This document shows positions 1 to 7,475 of a stretch of DNA of 64,000 nt, one piece after another. Under the pieces are notes generated by a model. The model made no database searches. It was given only the letters and a program-made list of their open reading frames with translations, and was not told where the DNA came from. The stretch is from assembly GCA_965203175.1 (NCBI GenBank), contig OZ241867.1, forward strand, positions 6,515,470 to 6,579,469. Direction: 5' to 3'. Made by a program: the position numbers and the translations under genes. Numbering within the stretch: the stretch's first letter is position 1; the number at the start of each line of letters is the position of its first letter. The DNA comes from Candidatus Latescibacterota bacterium. GTDB taxonomy: Bacteria; Latescibacterota; UBA2968; UBA8231.

Positions 1-1335
1 ATCCCGAGTAGTATTGACAAAAAAGGCGTCGGCCGTGCGACGCTGCCACTTGCCGTCTCCGGCGTGGGAGGGATACTGGCGAAATTCAAAGGTGCGGGCG
101 AACTCCGTGCGCAGAGAAAAATCCCGGCGCTGCACTTCGAGGCGCAGGCTGGCATTGGTGCGGCCCGTGTGGCGGCCGTACTCAAAGTTCACCCAGCGCC
201 GGTTGGAGCCATCGCGCACTTGGCCCTCGGCCGCGATCACCGGATAGAAAAAAGTGGCGCGTTCGCCAGTTATATCGACGTTGGTCGATGACTCGACCGC
301 AGCCGGCAGAAAAACTTCGGCCATTTCAATGCGGTAGTCATTGGCCACCATCCCGCGAAAGCGCAAGCGCTCGACCTGCCCTCGCATCTCCTGGGGTATT
401 TTGAACCAGTAGAGCAAAAACTCCGAGCCATTGGCTTCGAGAAATTCCCCTTGCTCGGCCGGCTCCACAGCCAAGTCTCCCCGGAGAAACTCGATGTACG
501 GCGGTATGGTCTTGCCCAGCGGAAAGAAGCGGTCGCGGTTGGGATAGGTTCTATCGATTTGCTCGCTATCGTGGCGGGTGACGAGTGGCTGGACGGTTCC
601 GAGCGTCCCTTCGATGTGCAGGTCGTAGATCCGGGCTCCGCCGCCATCCTTAGGCGAACCATCGTCGAACTTGACCACTATGTAGGCCGGCGGCGTGTTC
701 TTGCGCGGCACCACGCCCTTGATGCTGTTGTCGCCCCAAGAGGTCAAGCTGTTGGTGCGGTGCAAGTTGACATAGGAGAAGCTCACGTCCAGCACCCCGA
801 ACTTGCGCTGGACGTGGCCGCCGAGCAGGTAGGTAGCCCAATCCCGGGCTCCGTGCAATTCGAGATTATCCCCCGGAAAGATGGGCCAGTCGAGGCGCGA
901 CGTGACAAAGGAAAATTGGCTGCCATCGACATCGGCGTCCCAGCGGGCGCCGTTGAGCGCAACTAGGTCGAGAGTGAGGGCGGTGAACTTGGTGCGGATG
1001 CGGTCGCCGACGATCAGCCGGCTGCTCCAATTGCCATAGCTGTCTTGGGCCACCAGCAGGCGATTGAGGTACTGCTGGTAAAAGCGGCTTTTGTCGATAA
1101 AACTACCCGACTCGGGCGGATTGGTCCGCCCTTCCTCCAATTCAAAAACGCCGACCCCGTCGAGGACGAAGTTGCCCAAATCGTCGTACACATTGCGCGT
1201 GACTTGGCCAAATATCCCCGAGTTGTACGCGCGGTACCCCTGGCGGGCATAGCTTTCGTAGCGCTCCTCAGCATCGTAGAGCAGTTGCCCAAAGGCGGGC
1301 GCGGACCAAGCCAAGACGATGAGTACTAGGACCAT
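1..1335 (-). CDS. Uncharacterised secreted putative outer-membrane beta-barrel protein, paralog 1 (3' end runs off the window)
   Basis: Absent from the ORF track because there is no stop in the window; translated by hand. MVLVLIVLAWSAPAFG-Q signal, then YESYARQGYRAY, LIVGDRIRTKFTALTLD, FSYVNLH, KFDDGSPKDGGG and GQVRDGSNRRWVNFEYG, all colinear with 1407..4094 and 30235..32868. ATG 1335 preferred; in-frame GTG at 1338 and 1347. Confidence 0.85.
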   Translation of the reverse strand, partial: MVLVLIVLAWSAPAFGQLLYDAEERYESYARQGYRAYNSGIFGQVTRNVYDDLGNFVLDGVGVFELEEGRTNPPESGSFIDKSRFYQQYLNRLLVAQDSYGNWSSRLIVGDRIRTKFTALTLDLVALNGARWDADVDGSQFSFVTSRLDWPIFPGDNLELHGARDWATYLLGGHVQRKFGVLDVSFSYVNLHRTNSLTSWGDNSIKGVVPRKNTPPAYIVVKFDDGSPKDGGGARIYDLHIEGTLGTVQPLVTRHDSEQIDRTYPNRDRFFPLGKTIPPYIEFLRGDLAVEPAEQGEFLEANGSEFLLYWFKIPQEMRGQVERLRFRGMVANDYRIEMAEVFLPAAVESSTNVDITGERATFFYPVIAAEGQVRDGSNRRWVNFEYGRHTGRTNASLRLEVQRRDFSLRTEFARTFEFRQYPSHAGDGKWQRRTADAFFVNTTRD

Positions 1336-1417
1336 CACAGCACGCACCTCTCGATAAAAATCAATCGCCCCATCTGCGTTCCATCTGCGTCCATCTGCGG
1401 ATAACATCACAGCACGC
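1333..1417. repeat. Inserted repeat module: 3x CCATCTGCG(T/G) flanked by a 13-bp direct repeat
   Basis: CCATCTGCGTT, CCATCTGCGT and CCATCTGCGG at 1370-1400. CATCACAGCACGC is present at both 1333-1345 and 1405-1417. Confidence 0.8.
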
Positions 1418-4094
1418 GCGCCTGGACGAAAAATTCTTTGAAGTTGCGCACCCTGCGGCCGGGCGTGTGCACAAAGCGGGTGTGGCTGGCGCGGAAACCC
1501 AAATTGAGACTGAGATCGAAGCCCCGGTTGTGGCTGCGGTTCTCAATGGCAAAAAGGTAGTGGCGGGCCGTGAAATCTCCGGCCGGGTACTCCGGGTTGC
1601 GGAAGGTATGAGGCCAGCCCGGCAAGCCCTGAACGCCAAAGCGCAGCACCGTGGCTTGGCCCAGTGTGTAGTCCGCCTGCAGAATGGGAAAAAGTTCATA
1701 CGTGCGGAGAGGCAACAGCAGATCCTCGGGAGCGGTGCGGCGCTGAAGCCTCAGTTTGGCGCTGGGGCGGATTTTTAGGCCCTGGCGCACAAAGGTGTAA
1801 TCCGCCTTGCTGGTCCAAGTCCAGTCGATAATATGGCGTCGCTGGTCTAGCGTCTCCAGCATGCGGTTGATTTCGAGCTTGGTGGTAGCTTTGACTTGCA
1901 TCCCGGGTATAGGCGCGTATCCCGCGGTGCCGTACAGGGTGTGGAGCCAGCTATTTCGCGCCAGCAGTGGATCGGGTTTGATCTTGATCGCGGTATTGGT
2001 CGCGGTCAGCGGATCGACGACGTGCTGGTACACTGGATCGGCGATAGTATCGCGCACCCGCTTGCTCCGCATATTGAACTGTACATGCCCTCTCTGGTAT
2101 TGCGCCTCCCCGTACGCGACTTGGTTGCGGCCGGCACCAGCGCGCTGTTCAATGCGGTACTGCCCGAGGCGGAATTGCCAGGATGAGCGGGGGTGGAGAA
2201 GGGCGAATGAATGATACCCACGGCTATCGAGCGGATAGGGATAGTCCGGCAGATTGTCGTTCTCGCGCCGGTCCACTACGCCGTTGTTGTTGAAATCGTC
2301 GCCGTACACAAAATCATCTGGTTCAACGGCGTACATGAGGAACGGCTCGGCGTAGTCGGGTATCTGGTTCTGGTTCACATTGATCGCCAAAACCCCATCT
2401 CCATCTTGGTCCAGCCCGGGAAAAACCCCGTACCCAACGCCGTTGCCGAGGTTGCCGGGCAGGTAATCAATGGCGGCCTGAGTCGGCTGGCTCTCCGGGT
2501 CCACGCCAGCGGCATCCTTCAGACTGATGTAGAGTGGATCAAGCGGATCCCAGTGCTCCCAGCGGTCCTCCCAGTAGTCGCCGTCGTCGTTGTCGTCCAC
2601 CAGCGCGTAGTCCAGAACCTTGTCGGCGCGTTCCGACCACATGGGCAAAGTAGTGGCGTACGCCGCCGGCAGGCCAAACATCTCAAGGCCGACTGCGAGG
2701 CTATCCATCTGGTGCAGCCCCTTGAGGAAAAAGGCCCGGCTGGCGCGGCGCTGATGCTGGCTGGCACCAGGGAAGCGGCGGTACCCAACGTTTTCGACCA
2801 ACTCGCCCGCAAGGGTCGTCCCCTCCCATTCCCAAAGAAAGTCGCTGCCGTACTGGATTTGCGCAGTGGGAAAGCCGTATTCAAAACTCACCCAGCGCAA
2901 GTTGGACCCATCCCGGACATTGCGCGGCGCACGCGCGACATTGTGCCAGTCAGTCCAGATGCGATTGGGCACGCCGGCCCAGCCGTAGGCCGCCGCCACG
3001 TCAATACTATAGTCGCCGGCCACTTGGGCGCGAAAGCTCAGGCGCTCGGCCGTAGCTGGAATTTCCCAGCGGTAGACCAGCAGGTCGGTGCCGCCCACTT
3101 CGAGGGGAAACTCCGCTGCTGCAACGGGCAGACCCTGCTGAAAAAAGAGGCCGCGTTCCCTCCGTCGGTTGTTGAGCCGGGGATCGAAGACTCGGTCGCG
3201 CGGTACGCTCTGCGGGGCCCAGGGACCGTGGCGGCGCAGATGGGGGACGTGGTCCGGGTCGGCAAGGCGCGGGATGCGCCGAATATCCGGCTCGATTGGG
3301 AGCGGAGCACCATCGACAAAAATTTCCACGGCCAGCACTTGCACGCCGCTGTCATCCTCGGGAGAATCGTCGCTGAAAACCACGTAGTAGGCCGTAGTCT
3401 TAGCCAAATCCGTCGGAAAGGTGCCGCGCGTCGACCCCCGGCGCTGCATGCTATCGCGCAGATGCAGATTGACGTACGAACCACCGACGGTGAGCACATT
3501 GCCCAGACGGCTTTCCCAGCGGCCGCCGAACAGATAGGTGGCAAACGGGAGATTGTTGGCACCGCCGACTAGCGGCGAAGAAACCCGAGCACCCAGTACG
3601 GTAAAGCGATTCTTGTACGAAGCCCCATCCCAGCGCAGCCCCTGCAGGCGCGCCTTGTCGAGAGTTAGCGGCGTGAAGCGGGCCTCGAGGGCGTCGCCGA
3701 CCATGACCCGGGCCGACCAGTCGCGGTAGTGATCGCGCATGATGACCAAGTTGCGAAAGGTGGCCGCAATATTGCCGCTGCGGAAAATTCGGCTGCTGCG
3801 CTGGGGTGCTAGCGTGCGGTATTCCTCCACGCGCAACAACTCCACCCCGTCGAGCAAATAGGCCCCAAAGGGGTCGTAGGTCGGGTTCTCGGGACGGGCC
3901 GTGTAGTCGCGGTAACTGAGCAGGCTGTAGTTTTCGTAGCGCTCGTGCCACCAAGGGTAGTACTCGCGGTTGAGGAAGCGGGACTGGGCCTGGCTCCAAG
4001 GCAGGTACTCGGTGGTGGTAAGTTGGCCTTCCGCCCGCTCCCAAGCGATGACGCAGAGCAACGCAGCCAGCCCAATGATCGGGAGGCCCTTCAT
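1407..4094 (-). CDS. Uncharacterised 895-aa secreted putative outer-membrane beta-barrel protein with Asp-rich loops, paralog 2
   Basis: Signal peptide (..AEG-Q). Amphipathic beta-strand-like C-terminal third ending FKEFFVQARVL. Motifs SDDSPED, VDDNDDGD, FPGLDQDGDG, IPDYAEPFL and DFNNNGVVDRRENDNLPDYPY are shared with 30235..32868. Confidence 0.85.
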   Translation of the reverse strand: MKGLPIIGLAALLCVIAWERAEGQLTTTEYLPWSQAQSRFLNREYYPWWHERYENYSLLSYRDYTARPENPTYDPFGAYLLDGVELLRVEEYRTLAPQRSSRIFRSGNIAATFRNLVIMRDHYRDWSARVMVGDALEARFTPLTLDKARLQGLRWDGASYKNRFTVLGARVSSPLVGGANNLPFATYLFGGRWESRLGNVLTVGGSYVNLHLRDSMQRRGSTRGTFPTDLAKTTAYYVVFSDDSPEDDSGVQVLAVEIFVDGAPLPIEPDIRRIPRLADPDHVPHLRRHGPWAPQSVPRDRVFDPRLNNRRRERGLFFQQGLPVAAAEFPLEVGGTDLLVYRWEIPATAERLSFRAQVAGDYSIDVAAAYGWAGVPNRIWTDWHNVARAPRNVRDGSNLRWVSFEYGFPTAQIQYGSDFLWEWEGTTLAGELVENVGYRRFPGASQHQRRASRAFFLKGLHQMDSLAVGLEMFGLPAAYATTLPMWSERADKVLDYALVDDNDDGDYWEDRWEHWDPLDPLYISLKDAAGVDPESQPTQAAIDYLPGNLGNGVGYGVFPGLDQDGDGVLAINVNQNQIPDYAEPFLMYAVEPDDFVYGDDFNNNGVVDRRENDNLPDYPYPLDSRGYHSFALLHPRSSWQFRLGQYRIEQRAGAGRNQVAYGEAQYQRGHVQFNMRSKRVRDTIADPVYQHVVDPLTATNTAIKIKPDPLLARNSWLHTLYGTAGYAPIPGMQVKATTKLEINRMLETLDQRRHIIDWTWTSKADYTFVRQGLKIRPSAKLRLQRRTAPEDLLLPLRTYELFPILQADYTLGQATVLRFGVQGLPGWPHTFRNPEYPAGDFTARHYLFAIENRSHNRGFDLSLNLGFRASHTRFVHTPGRRVRNFKEFFVQARVL

Positions 4095-4125
4095 AATTCA
4101 GTATACCTATTTTAAATATTGCGCC

Positions 4126-4154
4126 GTAGGGGGCGGTTTGAAACCGCCCCCTAC
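4126..4154. repeat. GTAG-type REP-like palindrome
   Basis: GTAGGGGGCGGTTT-G-AAACCGCCCCCTAC: a perfect 14-bp inverted repeat starting with GTAG. It is intergenic and followed by TGCGTAACATCAG (4160-4172). Confidence 0.8.
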
Positions 4155-4176
4155 CCGGGTGCGTAACATCAGTTAG

Positions 4177-6237
4177 TCAGTAAACCACAGCCACGTGGCC
4201 GCTGTGGACCGCCTCCCCTGCATCGACCTCGACCTCGACCTGAAAGAGGTAGAGACCCGGGGGCACTAGGTTGCCGCGGTCATCGCGTCCATCCCAATAG
4301 CCGGGGCTTTCCCTCTCCCGGCCGGGCAAGCGCAAATAGGTTCCCGCGCTCAGGGCCGGGGGCCGGAGCCGGGCCACAGTGCGGCCGCTTAAGTCGAAGA
4401 TGCGCATGGATACTGGGCGCGCCACATCCACTCTGGAGAGAACCAATTCGATCACCGTGGCGTCGTTGACACCATCGCCGTTGGGCGAAAATACCGGCGG
4501 ATTGGCCCGCACCTGTTCGAGGACTTGGCCGGTAACCGTGGTCGTAACCAACGTCCACGAATGGGGCCTTTGAGTGCGCGGGTCTTCGTCTTGATTGGGC
4601 GCGGCATTGAGCGGATTTTCCGAATCTGGGCTAAACAGGAACGCGCGAAAACGGTGCAGATGGGCATAGGAGCGAGTGCGGAAGGGAATCTGCAACTGAG
4701 TGCTTTGCCGCAGGGGCTCGGCGAAAATCAAGGTGAGCAAGTGCTGGGTGGAAAACCACTCGGCCAGCACAGTACTCCCCAAGTCAATACCCGGGCCGAG
4801 CTGAGCCTGTCCAGGCACAGCTATTTGCAAGCTTTTGACCCCCTGATCGCCAGCGCCGATCTCCACGTCGAGGGTATAGACAAAGTTGGTATCCACGCCC
4901 ATCGGCACCCGGTTGGGCTCGACGCGACCACGGGCCGTGGACGCAGCTATATCCTCGGTGGAGTACTCGATGCTCAGATCGCGAAAAAGAGGACTTTTCT
5001 CCGGGTCCCGGCTCTCCATATTGACGCGATACTGCAAAAACCGCCCGGGTTCGGGGCCGGGAAAAAGGATTCCTCCAGCGACCAGCGGAGTGCTCCAGCC
5101 CCCCTGGGGATCGGCAAAAGCGTCCAAGGTGGCACCGCTGCGAAACTGGACCGCTAGATCCGTGCGCAGGGGAATGTCTGCATTCCAAGCGATGCGGCCG
5201 AAATTCTTGCGCTTGTCCGGTGCTCCCAGATCCAGCGGTTCGGAAAGAAAAACGCCCTCCTCGGCAAAACCCTCGCCAAAGACCTGAATCTCGGCGACCT
5301 TGGGCTGGCTCACGCCATTGACGTCGATGATGACAATGCGCACGAACCGGGTCCAAGTCGGATTGAAGACCACTTCGGTGCGCTCGAACTGGAGGATATC
5401 GTGCAAAACCCCCACCTCGGACCAGCGGATTTCATTGTCGCTGACTTGCACGGAATAGCCCTGTAGGGAATTCTGGGCGAAGTCGGGCCCCTCGGTGAGC
5501 ACCCGCACGGCCCGGATCAGTCGGCGCTGTTGCAAGTCGATGGAGGCGGCAAAATTGACCGAGGATACGGGCGGTTCCCAAGCAGTGCGCAAATCGCCAT
5601 CCACGGCTTCTATGCGATTGGAGGGCCGCCCTAAAGCCAAGTTCTCACCGCGTATTTGCTTGAGAACCACGCCACCAGCCACGCCGCCGATATCCGTGCC
5701 GCCGGGAAAACCAGCGACTAGGTCCGGGGCCGGATCGGGCAAGCCCTCGATCAGGCCGCGATTGACGCTACCGGCCTGGACCACCTGCCAACCCGGCTGC
5801 TCCGCGATCTCGGCCACTTGCCAGTCCGTGTCGGCCGGGCGAGCGGTCCAGTACCAGGTCTGGGCTTTGGGATCGGTCTCGCCGTAGCGCAGGGAATCGA
5901 CCGCGACCACAGCCAGCAGGCCATGCCCTACGCCCAAACCGCGATTGACCACCTCGACGGCCAAGGCGTTATCGCCGCCGAGCACGTCAACTGGGTAGGT
6001 GTGCACCTGGTTCCAAAACGCACTGGCCCCGATGGCAACGCCATTGAAATAGACCGCAAAACTGTCCACCGCGGCAATGTGGAGCAGCCCTGAGGCACCG
6101 CTATCGGCCGCAAAGCTAGTGCGGTAGTACAGGGTATTGCGATAGGTGTCCTGGGTCCAGACCTCGGCGCGGCTCCCACCCGAAAGCATTAGCAGGAGGC
6201 AGGCTACCAACCCGGATCTGATGTGGGCTCGGACCAT
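4177..6237 (-). CDS. Secreted discoidin (F5/8 type C)-like protein with C-terminal FlgD-Ig/CHU_C-like domain
   Basis: Signal peptide from ATG 6237 (track start 6303). ENLALGRP..AVDGDLRTAW..IDL..RFVRI..AEIQVFG is discoidin-like. C-terminus FSPNGDGVND..IFDLSGRTV..WDGRDDRGNLVPPGLY..VAVVY. Confidence 0.85.
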   Translation of the reverse strand: MVRAHIRSGLVACLLLMLSGGSRAEVWTQDTYRNTLYYRTSFAADSGASGLLHIAAVDSFAVYFNGVAIGASAFWNQVHTYPVDVLGGDNALAVEVVNRGLGVGHGLLAVVAVDSLRYGETDPKAQTWYWTARPADTDWQVAEIAEQPGWQVVQAGSVNRGLIEGLPDPAPDLVAGFPGGTDIGGVAGGVVLKQIRGENLALGRPSNRIEAVDGDLRTAWEPPVSSVNFAASIDLQQRRLIRAVRVLTEGPDFAQNSLQGYSVQVSDNEIRWSEVGVLHDILQFERTEVVFNPTWTRFVRIVIIDVNGVSQPKVAEIQVFGEGFAEEGVFLSEPLDLGAPDKRKNFGRIAWNADIPLRTDLAVQFRSGATLDAFADPQGGWSTPLVAGGILFPGPEPGRFLQYRVNMESRDPEKSPLFRDLSIEYSTEDIAASTARGRVEPNRVPMGVDTNFVYTLDVEIGAGDQGVKSLQIAVPGQAQLGPGIDLGSTVLAEWFSTQHLLTLIFAEPLRQSTQLQIPFRTRSYAHLHRFRAFLFSPDSENPLNAAPNQDEDPRTQRPHSWTLVTTTVTGQVLEQVRANPPVFSPNGDGVNDATVIELVLSRVDVARPVSMRIFDLSGRTVARLRPPALSAGTYLRLPGRERESPGYWDGRDDRGNLVPPGLYLFQVEVEVDAGEAVHSGHVAVVY

Positions 6238-6346
6238 CGCGTTGCGGATTGTTGCCAGATGGACGGAAAAGGCGGCGAAACGCAGAAAATTGACTACTCC
6301 CAATCCTAAAGGAGTTGGGATTCTTGGCAGCCATCCCCTCTGAGGT

Positions 6347-7348
6347 TCAATTAGGATCGGAATCGTCCTGCTTGACTCGCTTATGTCTCTTGATCCGTCC
6401 CCACGAAGTCTCGGCCACGGCCGTCGGCTCCCCGCCGGTATAAGACGCGATGTCCATCACGTAAATCTCATCGTTGCCGTCGCGATTGGACACGAAGGCG
6501 ATGTGCCGGCCATCCGGAGACCACGAAGGAGAGTGGTCTTCGGCCGGGTGGTCTGTCAGGCGACGAGGGTTGCTCCCATCCGAACCCATCACGTATATCT
6601 CATAGTTACCGTCGCGGTCGGAGGTGAAGGCGATGTGCCGGCCATCCGGAGACCACGAAGGAGACCCGTCATAGCCACTGGCATCGGTCAGGTTGCGCCG
6701 ATTTTCTCCATTCGCATCCATCACCATAATATCACGGGCATGGTGAGAGTGAAGGTGAAAGGCGATATGCCGACCATCCGGAGACCACGAAGGATCTAGG
6801 TCTTGGCCCCAGTCGCCGCTCAGATTCCGCAGGTTTTCCCCAGACAAATCTATCACGTAAATCTTTCTGGCGGGCGTAACGCGGTGGGAAGTGAACGCGA
6901 TAGATTGCCCATCTGGGGACCACGAAGGCATCCAGTCAGTCTGAACGTGGTCGGTCAGGCGGCGTACATTGTCTCCATTTGCATCCATCACGTAAATCTC
7001 ACTGTTGCCGCCTCCCACGCGCTCGGAGAAAAAGGTGATAGAGTGACCGTCTGGAGACCACGAAGGATCCCCGTCCGTGCTACTGTCATTGGTTAGGTTT
7101 CGCAGGTTGTCCCCATTTGCATCCATCACGTAAATCTCATAGTTGCCGTCGCGGTTGGACTCGAAGGCGATGTGCCGACCATCCGGAGACCAAGAAGGAG
7201 ACCAGTCATCGCCGCTGGCATCGGTTAGGCGGCGTATGTCTCCGGCGACCCAAGCCTCCCCATCACTGCTCGTCACCGTTTGCCCCCAGCCAGCGCCGGC
7301 CAGCCCCAGCGTTGCCAAGCAGACGATTAGTATCGACCGATAGTTCAT
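6347..7348 (-). CDS. TolB-like PD40/WD40-like beta-propeller secreted protein with TAVAETSWGRIK tail
   Basis: AGGAGG RBS, ATG 7348 and signal peptide. Six repeats of PSWSPDG(R/H/Q)xIxFxSxRDGNxEIYVMD at a ~44-aa period. Confidence 0.9.
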   Translation of the reverse strand: MNYRSILIVCLATLGLAGAGWGQTVTSSDGEAWVAGDIRRLTDASGDDWSPSWSPDGRHIAFESNRDGNYEIYVMDANGDNLRNLTNDSSTDGDPSWSPDGHSITFFSERVGGGNSEIYVMDANGDNVRRLTDHVQTDWMPSWSPDGQSIAFTSHRVTPARKIYVIDLSGENLRNLSGDWGQDLDPSWSPDGRHIAFHLHSHHARDIMVMDANGENRRNLTDASGYDGSPSWSPDGRHIAFTSDRDGNYEIYVMGSDGSNPRRLTDHPAEDHSPSWSPDGRHIAFVSNRDGNDEIYVMDIASYTGGEPTAVAETSWGRIKRHKRVKQDDSDPN

Positions 7349-7400
7349 AACGTGCCTCCTTTCGGAAGGTTGTGAAAGGAACTTATATCCTTGAGTGCCC

Positions 7401-7453
7401 AAAAAAAAGGGATCGAGTGCAATGGCGGGTTGCCCCGGCCAAAACCCGATCCC
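7401..7453 (-). terminator. Probable intrinsic terminator after the 7476..9299 gene
   Basis: On the minus strand, a GGGATCGGG...CTCGATCCC stem with an internal GCAA-loop hairpin, followed by T8. Confidence 0.65.
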
Positions 7454-7475
7454 CTAAAAAAGACAGATCTGCGAG

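Noticed and set aside
1407-4094. Calling the barrel paralogs TonB-dependent receptors or SprA
   Set aside because: No TonB box or plug motif and no terminal Phe were recognised, and they are far shorter than SprA, so they are left as an unknown family.
6480-7240. Regularly spaced ~20-nt repeats resembling a CRISPR array
   Set aside because: The ~132-nt period is in frame within a PD40 protein, the intervening sequences are homologous to each other, and there are no cas genes.
7409-7453. Structured RNA with a GCAA tetraloop, considered as a riboswitch
   Set aside because: It lacks any aptamer consensus I can recognise; its position and T8 tail fit a plain terminator.
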